Positions 49,349-59,609 of a DNA stretch of 64,000 nucleotides are shown in pieces. Source of the stretch: Promethearchaeota archaeon (GTDB taxonomy: Archaea > Asgardarchaeota > Lokiarchaeia > Sigyniarchaeales > SOKP01); contig JBHLNS010000003.1 of NCBI GenBank assembly GCA_048941285.1, forward strand, positions 1-64,000, in the 5' to 3' direction. The position numbers and the translations under genes were made by a program. Numbering within the stretch: position 1 is the first letter of the stretch; each line of letters opens with the position of its first letter. The notes under the pieces were generated by a model. It searched no databases and was not told the origin of the DNA. It saw nothing but the letters and a program-made list of their open reading frames with translations.

Positions 49349-50377
49349 TTGAATGCTCTTTCGATAATAATTCTTAGTTATTTATATGTTTACAGCATAA
49401 TTATTCTCTATATTACTTATTTAGCAAAAAAGAAAAGAGAAACTGGTGCTTATATAAATAATTTAGTCAATGCCTTAATTCTTATTATATCTCTCACAAT
49501 AAATGTAATTCTAATAAACATATTTAACCTCTATGACAGAGAATTCATTAACTTTCCCTTTAACATTTTAACGATTGCATTTATCTTATTTTTTTTACCA
49601 ATGTTTTATCTATTTATTTATCGAGAAAAATCTAAAATTAAAACCAACAAAAGAAGGAATAGGTACCTTGAATCTCAACAATTCACAGAACTACCTCTCA
49701 AATACGATATATATAGAAAATTAAGCCATTTTGTTGCATTAGGAATAATTTTTTTCTATTTTACTTTAGGGTTTATACTTCAAAACTTTTTAATAATTGT
49801 CGAAGGAGATATAATGATTTTTTCCCAGTCCTTAGTTGTCTTTTTAGTAATGATATCTTTGATAGGCCTTTTAACCGCTGATTTTATTCGGATATTAACG
49901 CCTAAATTTTATCCATTAAAACAAGTTAATCAAATATTAAGAGAAAAAGAACTACATATGAGGTTAGGCCCTCATATTTCTATGAGCATCGGATGTTTTT
50001 CAATAATTTTATTATTTGGCATAATTCAACCCATTGGGCCCATAATAATCTGTACTTCTATGGCAATGTCTATTTTTGGAGATGTTACAGCAAATTTAGT
50101 AGGACGAACTATAGGTAGCAGAAAGATTAGAAAAACAAACAAAACTTATGAAGGTTTGATAGGGGGTATAATTGCTGCCTTTTTATCAGGCGTGATTGTG
50201 TTATTAATATTAAGAAATTATTATAGATTCAGTATTTTAGGATTATTACTAATTCCTTTTATAGGAATATTAATAATTGGAATAATAGATTATTTGGATT
50301 TAGAGATTGACGACAATTTAACATTTAATTTTTGTGTATCGACAATATTATTTTTTTGTTCATTTTTAATATTATAA
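49349..50377 (+). CDS. CTP-dependent polyprenol/diacylglycerol kinase (dolichol kinase-like)
   Basis: RKLSH, LREKE, GDVTANLVG, KTYEG, DDNL; multi-TM. Confidence 0.85.
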   Translation: MNALSIIILSYLYVYSIIILYITYLAKKKRETGAYINNLVNALILIISLTINVILINIFNLYDREFINFPFNILTIAFILFFLPMFYLFIYREKSKIKTNKRRNRYLESQQFTELPLKYDIYRKLSHFVALGIIFFYFTLGFILQNFLIIVEGDIMIFSQSLVVFLVMISLIGLLTADFIRILTPKFYPLKQVNQILREKELHMRLGPHISMSIGCFSIILLFGIIQPIGPIIICTSMAMSIFGDVTANLVGRTIGSRKIRKTNKTYEGLIGGIIAAFLSGVIVLLILRNYYRFSILGLLLIPFIGILIIGIIDYLDLEIDDNLTFNFCVSTILFFCSFLIL

Positions 50378-50418
50378 GAGAATTATCATAAATTTTTTCA
50401 ATCAAGATAGTTTTTTTT

Positions 50419-50931
50419 ATGAAAATGTTAGAAGAAAAATTGAAAATTGATAAAATATCTAAGGGTACAGTTATTGATCATATAGATGCCGGATATGCTA
50501 TAACAATACTCAATCTTACTGGCTTGGATGAATCTAAAAATTTAATGACAATTGGGGTTAATGTTTTATCAAAAAAATATCAAACAAAAGATATAATTAA
50601 AATTGAGAATGTTTTTTTAAATGAAACTCAAATGCAACAAATATCTATATTATCTCCTAATGCTACAATTTCCCTAATTGAAAATTATAAAGTGATTGAA
50701 AAAAAAAAGGTGGAACTCCCCCAGATAATTAAAAAATTAATCTTATGTGTAAACCAAACATGTATTACTAATTCAGAAAAAGAGCCTATAGACACTGAAT
50801 TCTTAGTTTTAGAAGAAAAACCTTTAAAAATTCAATGCATTTACTGTGAACGTATATATAAATTAGAAGAAATCGTTTTCACTTCAAAAGAAAAGAAAGA
50901 AATGAAAGTAAAACAAAGAATTCAATTATAA
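50419..50931 (+). CDS. pyrI: Aspartate carbamoyltransferase regulatory chain
   Basis: GTVIDHI, KDIIKIE, PNATI, CVNQTCITN, CIYCE. Confidence 0.96.
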   Translation: MKMLEEKLKIDKISKGTVIDHIDAGYAITILNLTGLDESKNLMTIGVNVLSKKYQTKDIIKIENVFLNETQMQQISILSPNATISLIENYKVIEKKKVELPQIIKKLILCVNQTCITNSEKEPIDTEFLVLEEKPLKIQCIYCERIYKLEEIVFTSKEKKEMKVKQRIQL

Positions 50932-50948
50932 AGAGAAATAAAATAATT

Positions 50949-51389
50949 CTATAAAAAAATTTCAAGAACAGAAGAAAAATTTGGAATAAAATTAAGTATT
51001 GTATGAAAAAGCACACCCACGATCATAAATAAGAAAAAAAAAATACCAATCCCTGGCTTTATAATATTCTTCCAATTCCACTCTTCTTTGTCGTATTCAT
51101 ATTTTAGAATATTAAAACTAACGATAAACGGGAATAAAAACCACCATAATAACATCCACATTAACATAAACCAACCAATTAATCCAAAAAATAAACGCCC
51201 TACAAATGCACTTAACGCTCCAGTAAGCGCTCGAATCCAATAAAGTTTTGTTTCTCTCTCAATTCGTAGATCAAATGATTTTAATGGTTTCTTTTCAACT
51301 TGAATTGATTGTTTTTTTTGTTCTTTCCTTTTCTCTTTTAAAAGGCGTTGTCTTCTTTTCTTAATATCTATCTTCTTGCGCTTTCCCAT
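50949..51389 (-). CDS. EMC6/Rab5ip-like membrane protein
   Basis: Basic N-terminus then YWIRALTGALSAFVG...GIGIFFFLFMIVGVLFHTIL, three-TM pattern. Confidence 0.55.
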   Translation of the reverse strand: MGKRKKIDIKKRRQRLLKEKRKEQKKQSIQVEKKPLKSFDLRIERETKLYWIRALTGALSAFVGRLFFGLIGWFMLMWMLLWWFLFPFIVSFNILKYEYDKEEWNWKNIIKPGIGIFFFLFMIVGVLFHTILNFIPNFSSVLEIFL

Positions 51390-51461
51390 AATTATTATTA
51401 TAAATATTATTTATTATAAAAATCATTATGCATTATTAATAAACTACAAATCAAACCTAAT

Positions 51462-53513
51462 ATGATTACTCCATCTACAGAATTTACTAATTTTGACGTA
51501 TTTGCTATTGTAAAGGAATTAGATTTAATATTATTTAATGCTACGATTCTAAATATATATGAAGTAGAAGATATTTTGATATTAAAAATCAATACTAATA
51601 TTGGGAAAAAAAATTTAATTATCAAAAAGGATTCAAGGATTAATTTAACTGAATATGATTATCCTATCCCCCAATATCCAAGTCAATATATAATTTCGCT
51701 AAGAAAGTTATTGAAAAACCGCAGAATCTTAAAAATTTCGCAATATCAATTCGATAGAATCATTATAATTGAATTGAGTTTCGATTTAGCCCGATCATGG
51801 AAATTTGTTATAGAACTATTTAACAAGGGTAATTTCTTGTTATTGGATGAAAATAATATTATAAAAGTGGCCAAAAAATATAGAAAGTTTAGAGATAGAG
51901 ATATCCTACCTAATAAAGAATATCTTTTTCCTAAATCTCAAGGAAAAAATTTTCTAACTTTAAATAAGGAAGAATTTAAAGCTTTATTTAACAGCTCTGA
52001 TCTGGAAATTGTCAGGGATCTCTCAAGAAGTATACATATTTCTGGATTATATAGTGAAGAAATATGCCATAGAGCTAAAATAAATAAAATAAGCCTTGGA
52101 AAAGATTTAACTGAAGAACAGTACGAAAATTTATATGATTCCTTCAAAAAGTTAAGAAATCAATTATTATTTGGTGAAATAAATGCCTATATTGTATTTG
52201 ATAAAAACGATAATCAAATTTCAGTTCTACCCTTTGAAATTGAAATTCTTTCACAAAATAACAAAGAATATTTTCCGTCATTTAATGAAGCTGTAGACAA
52301 ATATTTTTCCAAAATTGATTCTGAAGCTCTAAAAGGGCCCAAAGATCAAAAAATTGAAGACCAAATTAAATCTCAAGAAAAGATATTAAAAAATCAAGAA
52401 GAATATCTTGAAGAACTCAAAAAAAAAAAAGATGATTACTATAAAATTGGCGAATTAATTTATGCTAATTTAAATTCCTTAGAAAAATTAAAAGCTGTAA
52501 TCTTGGACGCAAAAGAAAAAGGGTATTCATGGGATATTATTAACAACAAACTTAAAAGCGCAAAATTAGAAAATTTAAATGGTACCGAATTTTTTGAGAA
52601 AATATTCCCATCAACTAATGAATTTTTGATAAATGTTAATGGCAATAGTGTTTATCTGGATTTAAAAGAAAGTATTGGAGAAAATGCGAATAAAATCTAT
52701 TCTAAAGGAAAAAAAGCGGATAAGAAGTTAAAGGGAACTATTACTGCTATTGAAAAAACTAGAAAAAAAATTGAGAAGTTAAAGCTTGAACGAGAATTAA
52801 TAGAAGCTGAAGTTGATTTCTTGATTAAGAAGCCTAAGAAAAAATGGTATGAGAAGTTTAGATGGTTTTTATCGTCTGATGGATATATAGTCATAGGGGG
52901 AAGAGATGCAAACTCTAATGAAATTATTTTTAAAAAGCATATAGAGCAAAATGACTTAATTTTTCATACAAATTTTCCAGGATCTCCATTAGTAGTAATT
53001 AAAAATCCAGATAACAAGAAGATCCCTATAAGTACTATTGATGAGACCGCACAATTCGTTGCATCTTATTCAAGGGCATGGAAAGAAAACTGGGGGGTAG
53101 TTGACGTATATTATATTCATCCAGAACAAATTTCAAAAAGTCCTCCCTCAGGGGAGTTTTTGCACAAAGGTTCTTTTATAATATCTGGTAGGAAAAATAT
53201 CATCAAAAATGTTAAAACTGAATTGACGATTGGACTAAAATTTGACGAATTAGAAGCAGAATCTAAAAATGATCATAAAATATTTTATCCTAAAATCATT
53301 TCTGGTCCAAAATCTGCTGTAACAGCGCAGACCAAAAACATTTTAACAATTATTCCATCAAAATCAGATGGTTTAACGAAAGGAAAGTTAGCTAAAGAGC
53401 TCTTGTCGAAGTTCCACAGAAATTTAGAAAAAGAATTAAGAATTTGGATTAAATTATTATCTATAGATGAAATTCTTCTTTCTTTACCTAGTGGCATATC
53501 AATAATTAAGTGA
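51462..53513 (+). CDS. rqcH: Ribosome quality control Rqc2/NEMF (NFACT) protein
   Basis: NFDV, LRKLL, FDRII, IELF..GN, WYEKFRWF, GGRDA..NE, VSKS-like SKSPPSGEFL.KGSFII.G. Confidence 0.93.
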   Translation: MITPSTEFTNFDVFAIVKELDLILFNATILNIYEVEDILILKINTNIGKKNLIIKKDSRINLTEYDYPIPQYPSQYIISLRKLLKNRRILKISQYQFDRIIIIELSFDLARSWKFVIELFNKGNFLLLDENNIIKVAKKYRKFRDRDILPNKEYLFPKSQGKNFLTLNKEEFKALFNSSDLEIVRDLSRSIHISGLYSEEICHRAKINKISLGKDLTEEQYENLYDSFKKLRNQLLFGEINAYIVFDKNDNQISVLPFEIEILSQNNKEYFPSFNEAVDKYFSKIDSEALKGPKDQKIEDQIKSQEKILKNQEEYLEELKKKKDDYYKIGELIYANLNSLEKLKAVILDAKEKGYSWDIINNKLKSAKLENLNGTEFFEKIFPSTNEFLINVNGNSVYLDLKESIGENANKIYSKGKKADKKLKGTITAIEKTRKKIEKLKLERELIEAEVDFLIKKPKKKWYEKFRWFLSSDGYIVIGGRDANSNEIIFKKHIEQNDLIFHTNFPGSPLVVIKNPDNKKIPISTIDETAQFVASYSRAWKENWGVVDVYYIHPEQISKSPPSGEFLHKGSFIISGRKNIIKNVKTELTIGLKFDELEAESKNDHKIFYPKIISGPKSAVTAQTKNILTIIPSKSDGLTKGKLAKELLSKFHRNLEKELRIWIKLLSIDEILLSLPSGISIIK

Positions 53514-53519
53514 AAAAAA

Positions 53520-54263
53520 TTAAGCTGAGGCAACCCAACTTTTAATTGTTGTTATATTTGCATGGTTATCAAATAAGATACCATTAATACCCATATCAAT
53601 TAACCATTTAATCTCAAATATTGGATCTTTGTAATGTATAAAATCCCATGCTAAAGCTTTTATTTTATAATCATGACAAATTTCAATAAATTTTTTAGAA
53701 GTTAAATTTGATCTTAAACTTATAAAATCAGGTTTAATCTTGAATTTTGTAGGACTATCAAATTTCAAAAATTCACTTATATCAAAATCTAAACCTTTAG
53801 TAAGATTATAACATATTCGACTATTGTGGTAAACTTTCTTTATTTCACCTAATTCATTTAAGTTCCTCCCACTAAAAATGCAATCTTCCAACAAGTTATA
53901 ATTTTTAACAATACTTAATACCTCCTCTTTTATATTATCATCTTTCAATTCAATCATAAATAGCGTTTTTCCTTTTAATAAGTTTAGCACCTCTGATAAG
54001 AGAGGAATAGTGTTTTTATGGTTTTTAGTTGATATATTTTTTATTTCACTATAATAAAGATCTTTTAACAAACCTGAACTATTTGTCGTTCTATCTAATT
54101 TAGGATCATGTAGAATCACCAGTTTATTATCTTTAGTCCTTCGCACATCAAATTCTATACAATTAGCGCCATATTCTATCGCTTTTTCAAATGCATTTAT
54201 TGTATTCTCATCAAAATGCGTTCTAGTACCTCTGTGTCCTACGTATAAAAATTCTGATTTCAT
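53520..54263 (-). CDS. Glycerophosphodiester phosphodiesterase
   Basis: GHRG, ENTINAF, IEFDV..TKD, LHD..LDRTT, IELK. Confidence 0.93.
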   Translation of the reverse strand: MKSEFLYVGHRGTRTHFDENTINAFEKAIEYGANCIEFDVRRTKDNKLVILHDPKLDRTTNSSGLLKDLYYSEIKNISTKNHKNTIPLLSEVLNLLKGKTLFMIELKDDNIKEEVLSIVKNYNLLEDCIFSGRNLNELGEIKKVYHNSRICYNLTKGLDFDISEFLKFDSPTKFKIKPDFISLRSNLTSKKFIEICHDYKIKALAWDFIHYKDPIFEIKWLIDMGINGILFDNHANITTIKSWVASA

Positions 54264-54288
54264 AGCAGAACTTTTAATAATTGTTTTT

Positions 54289-54702
54289 TTATTCTTGAAT
54301 TAAAAATAGGTATATTAAAATAATTGATATACCAATTAGAGTAAGAATAAAAACAGATGGGTTCAATAGAGTCTGGCCAATAGAAAAAATAACCATTAAA
54401 AGTAAATCTTTCCAATTTAATCTTTTACCGATTAATTCTTTATAATTCGCATAACTAGTAATAATAAATAGAAAAAACAATAAAACAACAATTACTTTTA
54501 TGGTAATATCAATAAAAGTCCATAATAAATCAATATTCATGAAAACTGTTATTATTTCAGCATTAAAAATAATTGACACTATAAAAGATACGCATCCAAA
54601 AATGGCTGATATAATTATTGATCTAAACGCAAAATTTTCATCAGACCGATAATTCTTATTTTTTTTTTTATTTATTGGAGGTTGTTTGGGTATTTTTGAC
54701 AT
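54289..54702 (-). CDS. Hypothetical membrane protein
   Basis: Three to four hydrophobic helices. Confidence 0.65.
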   Translation of the reverse strand: MSKIPKQPPINKKKNKNYRSDENFAFRSIIISAIFGCVSFIVSIIFNAEIITVFMNIDLLWTFIDITIKVIVVLLFFLFIITSYANYKELIGKRLNWKDLLLMVIFSIGQTLLNPSVFILTLIGISIILIYLFLIQE

Positions 54703-54703
54703 G

Positions 54704-55504
54704 TTATTTTCTATATTTTTTTATATTTTCTTTTAGTTTAAAAATTTTATAAATGTAAAAAATTAAAACAAACCCTAGAATGCTAAATACTATTATAGTT
54801 AATATATAAACAACAATATTGATAATTGAAGGTATTTCCGGGGATAATGATTTAATATTGATGAGAACTATTGTACTTTTTTTAATTCCATGAGGGTATA
54901 TTGGTGTATCTCCATAGGTAATATTGAAAGCATATCCACTTCCAAAATCTAATGCCGCATCATCCGCATTTGCATCGTATCCTTTAATAGGTAAAGCAAA
55001 CTCGTAAGTAGAAGTGAGATCTTCTAATTCAGCAGCTCCCTCACCATTTATTTCTGTATCGATTAAAAAAACACCATCAGTAACATTATAATCATAATAA
55101 TTATATTGATTTACAGATATGTTGGTGAACTGAATTATTTTAGCATCAATAAATTCTTCTTTATTCTCAGAAGAACTATTTGACACGATAAGTCCTATAA
55201 ACTCATTTATACTGTGATGCCCGAGCAACAATTCGAACTGAACAGAAATATAAAGATTTATATCATCTTGCATAACCCATAATTTGATAGGTAAATCCTC
55301 TAATAAGATATCAGTTTTATAAGCCTTGTTCCACTCTTTTGTTGAGAGATCGATATACCCATCAATTACGGGAGATTCTCCATATTTTGAGTTGATTTCC
55401 TTAGTGGCACAATAACCGTTCGCTAAAAAAAATAGGGACACTACGGTTATATTAATAAGCACAATACAAGTTAATACTTTAAAAAACTCTTTCTTCAAGA
55501 TCAA
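54704..55504 (-). CDS. Membrane-anchored extracellular protein, DOMON/CBM9-like
   Basis: Signal peptide, PVIDG...EW, NLYISV, TYEFALP, C-terminal TM. Confidence 0.6.
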   Translation of the reverse strand: MILKKEFFKVLTCIVLINITVVSLFFLANGYCATKEINSKYGESPVIDGYIDLSTKEWNKAYKTDILLEDLPIKLWVMQDDINLYISVQFELLLGHHSINEFIGLIVSNSSSENKEEFIDAKIIQFTNISVNQYNYYDYNVTDGVFLIDTEINGEGAAELEDLTSTYEFALPIKGYDANADDAALDFGSGYAFNITYGDTPIYPHGIKKSTIVLINIKSLSPEIPSIINIVVYILTIIVFSILGFVLIFYIYKIFKLKENIKKYRK

Positions 55505-55690
55505 ATAGCCATTTATTTTTAAAAACTTCTATTTTCTGTAATGCTAAATATAAAAATTGATAATTAAAATTTAATTTAATATTTTTCGTATAAATTTTGT
55601 ATATTACAAAAAATTCGACATCGAATTTCGCATTTAAAATAAATATTAAAATTTTAACGCTCTCATTAACCTACTTAAAAAATCTTTAAT

Positions 55691-56170
55691 TCAGTTAAAA
55701 AAATTTGGAAGCAAAACAATACAGTTAAATTTATTTAGATAAACTATAATATAATTCATCAGACGCTTAATATCTCGCCTAGCTTCTAATGAGTTCTTGT
55801 CATTGTACTCAGCGAAAGGTTTAGGACCAATAGCAACCAATATACCTGATAAATCTTTTTCTCGTTTAATGAAAAACCAAAAAGGATTTTGTTTTTCATT
55901 ATCTTTTACTAATATGAGCATCCAAGGATTTTGCGTCCAGTCTTCATCATTAGGACCAATTACTTTTTCAATTGTTTTCTGAATTTGATACTTTTTAGTC
56001 ATTTTTATTGTTTTAGTTAACGCATTAAAATAACTCCGTTTTATTTTTAAATAACCTCCAAAATATCCTTTAGCATCAAACAATTCTAGCTCTTTCTTTT
56101 CTCCATCTGGTAATTTCAAAAATACTCTCCAATTATCAATCATAGTTTTATTCGTGTTTTTTAAGTCCAA
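55691..56170 (-). CDS. Hypothetical protein
   Basis: 159-aa ORF co-oriented with RNase P protein genes. Confidence 0.65.
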   Translation of the reverse strand: MDLKNTNKTMIDNWRVFLKLPDGEKKELELFDAKGYFGGYLKIKRSYFNALTKTIKMTKKYQIQKTIEKVIGPNDEDWTQNPWMLILVKDNEKQNPFWFFIKREKDLSGILVAIGPKPFAEYNDKNSLEARRDIKRLMNYIIVYLNKFNCIVLLPNFFN

Positions 56171-56582
56171 TTTCTTCTATTTTTATTTGTTTAAATATCT
56201 TTTTAATCTTATTTAAAGATGCTTTTAGCCCAATAGCTTTAGCTTCATCTAAATTTAAATTCAAATAACATTCATAGTAAAGTTGGTTTTCAATAATTAT
56301 AACTCCTGAAGTATGAATAAGCTGACAATTTTGAAGAATCTCAGAAATTTTAGCAAACATTTCATTAGAAAATTTAAATGCTGAAAATGTTACCTTTATG
56401 ACTTTATCTTTTTTTAGTGGATATATTGAGAGTTTCATAGAGTTCTCTATAATTGATTGAATTATTAAAAGATATGGATTATCCTCTAAGTTTTTCATGT
56501 CTAATAATGAAAGTTTTAAAATACTTCCTGATAGATCTCTAATACGTTGTATATGGGCTTTAGTTAAATTGTATACCTTCAT
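56148..56582 (-). CDS. Hypothetical protein, C-terminal ACT-like alpha/beta domain
   Basis: KVIKVTF...LIHTSGV...YYECY pattern; weak. Confidence 0.55.
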   Translation of the reverse strand: MKVYNLTKAHIQRIRDLSGSILKLSLLDMKNLEDNPYLLIIQSIIENSMKLSIYPLKKDKVIKVTFSAFKFSNEMFAKISEILQNCQLIHTSGVIIIENQLYYECYLNLNLDEAKAIGLKASLNKIKKIFKQIKIEEIGLKKHE

Positions 56583-56608
56583 CTTTATTTAAATAATTAA
56601 TTTTTAAT

Positions 56609-56950
56609 CTAAATCAATTTTTTCTTATCAATTCTCTTTTTTAGTGAGAGAATCGTACCTGAAGTTTTATATGGTGATAGAATAACTCTTATTCCATCGA
56701 TTTCTTTTACAAGACTTAAAGCAGAAATTAATGTTTCTTTCGTCTGGTGAGAACATCTAATTATTCCAAATTCTTTATCCAAATTAAGTTCTATTAACCA
56801 TAATCCAATTTTATTTGCCTCCTTTAATCCAAAATATCTCCAGATGGATTGCCAAATTGATTTTAAAAGTGAATTTTGAGAAATTTCTATTTGATTTTTT
56901 TTAATTATTTTAAAAAAAATATATCTTTGTCTTTCTTTTCGGCCGATTAT
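56609..56950 (-). CDS. rnp2: RNase P protein Pop5/Rpp14 (not in ORF track; no ATG/GTG/TTG at the N-terminus)
   Basis: IIGRKERQRYIFFKI...IWRYFG...GIIRCSH...TSGTILSL; directly follows rpp30 with TA-ATA overlap. Confidence 0.9.
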   Translation of the reverse strand: MIGRKERQRYIFFKIIKKNQIEISQNSLLKSIWQSIWRYFGLKEANKIGLWLIELNLDKEFGIIRCSHQTKETLISALSLVKEIDGIRVILSPYKTSGTILSLKKRIDKKKLI

Positions 56951-57669
56951 TAATCACCATCTTTAATTAATCTAATTTCTGGTTCAAGTATATTATTCCC
57001 GTGTTTTGCGACGCGTTCCAACAATAAAATTGGGTTTAACCTAAAGATTTTTTTTGCTTTGTCTAAAGAAACATCTAAAAGAGAATTGCAGATGCTTATT
57101 AAAGCTCTAGGGTGTCTAAGATCATATAAATCATCAAAATTTCCACTAACGATGCAATTTGCTTTATATTTTAAAGCTAACTGAATAAATCTATAGAGAT
57201 TTCTGAAATTTTTTGATTGGTTTGCTTTGTTTGATATCATGATTGAAGCTAGCGAAAATTCCAAAAAAGAGTTATTCTGTTTAGTAAGTGAAATTACTCC
57301 TGGAGTTAGTGTTTTAATTATTTGAGGATTAGAAAATGAAATAATATCAACTCTTGAATCTCTCGCTGCCTGTATTTGAACCTCTTTATTAAACGATTCA
57401 ATTGAAAGGATGTCTGAAAAGTTATTAAATTTTTTAATTTTTTTTTTAAAATCCTCAAGATTATTTAATCTTAAGTTAATTCGAAAATATATGTTCAGTT
57501 TTGAATTATTTTTTAATTTTTTTTTTATATCTAATGGAATGGTATTCGAATTATCTTTGGGTTCCAAAATAACATTTTTAATCCCTAGCTTTTCGCAAAA
57601 TTCCAGTTTTTCACGAATTTCGGCTTCATTATTGAAATCTAATGGTAGTCTTGATTCAAAATATGACAA
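56950..57669 (-). CDS. rnp3: RNase P protein Rpp30
   Basis: AARDSRVDII, SFLEFSL, LRHPRAL, NP..LL; adjacent to Pop5. Confidence 0.9.
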   Translation of the reverse strand: MSYFESRLPLDFNNEAEIREKLEFCEKLGIKNVILEPKDNSNTIPLDIKKKLKNNSKLNIYFRINLRLNNLEDFKKKIKKFNNFSDILSIESFNKEVQIQAARDSRVDIISFSNPQIIKTLTPGVISLTKQNNSFLEFSLASIMISNKANQSKNFRNLYRFIQLALKYKANCIVSGNFDDLYDLRHPRALISICNSLLDVSLDKAKKIFRLNPILLLERVAKHGNNILEPEIRLIKDGD

Positions 57670-57793
57670 AAATGTTATAACCTCAAAAACTGCTAAACTT
57701 TCTATAATTATCTTAAGAATCGTAAAAATAAAAAAATTTTATTATAACTAAATATTTAAAATGTTAGTTTTTGAATTCATGTGAGGATTTTTA

Positions 57794-59083
57794 GTGGTTA
57801 AAAAAAGAACGCTTTCAGAAATAAGAAATAAAGTTGAAGATGGTTCCGCTGTTATATTGACTGTTCAAGAATTAATAGATCAGATAAGTGAAGGTGAGAA
57901 AGTTAAATTTGAAGATGTTGATATTGTTACAACAGCAACAAAAGGGCTTATGAGCGGAATTATGGGGATTTTCTCTTTTCGCCTCTCACCACCAAAAACT
58001 TTAAGAAAATTTACTGAAGTTGATATTAATGGTATACCTGCTTTTCCTGGGCCGTGTCCAAATGAATATTTGGGGATAGTGGATCTAATTATCTATGGAA
58101 CTACTCAAAGTCGTACAAAAGATAATTATTGTGGGGGCTCTTTATTTAGAGAAATAGTTGAAGGAAAACCTTTACAAGTCTTAGCCAAGAGTGCAGAAGG
58201 TGAAACCGTAGAAAAAGTTTTAAAGTTAGAAGATATGCAATTTGCTAAATTAGTCGGAACAAGACAAGCAATTAAGAACTATAACGCAATGATTAATTGT
58301 GAGACCTATAATGTTAACACAATTTTCTCATGTCTTCCTTTTCCCCCCAATAAGACAGAAATTACTTTTTCTGGATGCGGAGCCCTTAATCCATTTCAAA
58401 ATGATCCTGAATTTGAATCTTTTGGAGTTGGATCTCCTGTTCTTGTAAACGGAAATATTGGATATCTTATGGGTCCTGGAACACGTAATTATATCGAAAA
58501 ACCTAACATGATGACTATCACTCCATTTGAAGGAATGAAACCAGAGTATATGGGTGCTTTCAAAACATCTTACGGATTAGAACCTATTTGTAGTTTAGCC
58601 TTACCTATTCCTATTTTAAATGAAAATATATTCAACAATATAGTAAAATCTGATAAACTAGTTAAGTTAACTATTTTAAGTCTTGTAGGACGTGAAAAAG
58701 TAGGAGAGATTACTTATGGTGATGTATGGGATAAAAATTTTCATATGAGGTTTGATCCAAATGCGTGTAAAAATTGTAAAGAATGTAAAGCCATTGATAA
58801 ATGCCCTACTGATGCGTTTATTATAAAGGAAGGTTGGATCTCTGCTATAGACCGATCTCGTTGTTTTAATTGCGGTAATTGTACTCACATATGTTCAGAA
58901 GCATTTCAATTAGATCTTAAAAAAGTTAATTTCGATGATAATGAGGTTCCAATTGTTTTAAGGCAATCAGATAGGTATGGAGCAATAAAATTAGCAGAGA
59001 TGTTGAAATCAATGATATTAAAAGGAGAATTTCCTCTAAAAAAACCGATTAGTAAATTAAAATTTGCAGAAATAGTAAAATAA
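57794..59083 (+). CDS. Homocysteine-biosynthesis sulfur-incorporation (DUF39/HcyBio) family protein with C-terminal ferredoxin domain (methanogenesis marker 16-like)
   Basis: RTLSEI...VDIVTTAT, GPCPNE, FSGCGALNP, CKNC..C....CP and CFNCGNC...C. Confidence 0.85.
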   Translation: MVKKRTLSEIRNKVEDGSAVILTVQELIDQISEGEKVKFEDVDIVTTATKGLMSGIMGIFSFRLSPPKTLRKFTEVDINGIPAFPGPCPNEYLGIVDLIIYGTTQSRTKDNYCGGSLFREIVEGKPLQVLAKSAEGETVEKVLKLEDMQFAKLVGTRQAIKNYNAMINCETYNVNTIFSCLPFPPNKTEITFSGCGALNPFQNDPEFESFGVGSPVLVNGNIGYLMGPGTRNYIEKPNMMTITPFEGMKPEYMGAFKTSYGLEPICSLALPIPILNENIFNNIVKSDKLVKLTILSLVGREKVGEITYGDVWDKNFHMRFDPNACKNCKECKAIDKCPTDAFIIKEGWISAIDRSRCFNCGNCTHICSEAFQLDLKKVNFDDNEVPIVLRQSDRYGAIKLAEMLKSMILKGEFPLKKPISKLKFAEIVK

Positions 59084-59100
59084 GATTCAGCATATCTATA

Positions 59101-59544
59101 ATGACAGAATTAAAAATAATAAAGTTCGATCAAATTGGTATCCTTGTTAAAAATATTGAGAAAGCAGCAGAATTCTACAATGCAATACTTGATTTTAATG
59201 GAAAGATCAATATTGTGCAACAAACCAGCACTGTAAATTATAGAGGGAATGAAGTAGAATTTAAAATGAAAAAAATAATGCAAAACTTTGGTGGGAAACA
59301 ATTTGAAATTATTGAAGTATTGGAATCTACTGGCGATCATTTATATTCAGAATTTCTTAAAGAAGGAAAAGTTGGACTACATCACTTAGGTGTTTATATT
59401 AAAGATGCTGAGATCCTAATTCTCCATTTTAAGAATAAATACAATATAGACGTAATTCAATCAGGAAAAGTTGGAAGAGTCAAATTTTATTATTTGGATA
59501 CCAAAGAAGTTTTTGGGTATTATCTCGAATTGATTGAAATTTAA
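59101..59544 (+). CDS. VOC family protein (methylmalonyl-CoA epimerase-like)
   Basis: DQIGILV, FEIIE, GLHHLG, LELIE. Confidence 0.88.
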   Translation: MTELKIIKFDQIGILVKNIEKAAEFYNAILDFNGKINIVQQTSTVNYRGNEVEFKMKKIMQNFGGKQFEIIEVLESTGDHLYSEFLKEGKVGLHHLGVYIKDAEILILHFKNKYNIDVIQSGKVGRVKFYYLDTKEVFGYYLELIEI

Positions 59545-59609
59545 TTTAGACTTAATTGTTGAATTTCTTTTTTAATAAACTTTTTTTTTAATTTGTAATA
59601 GGTCTAATT

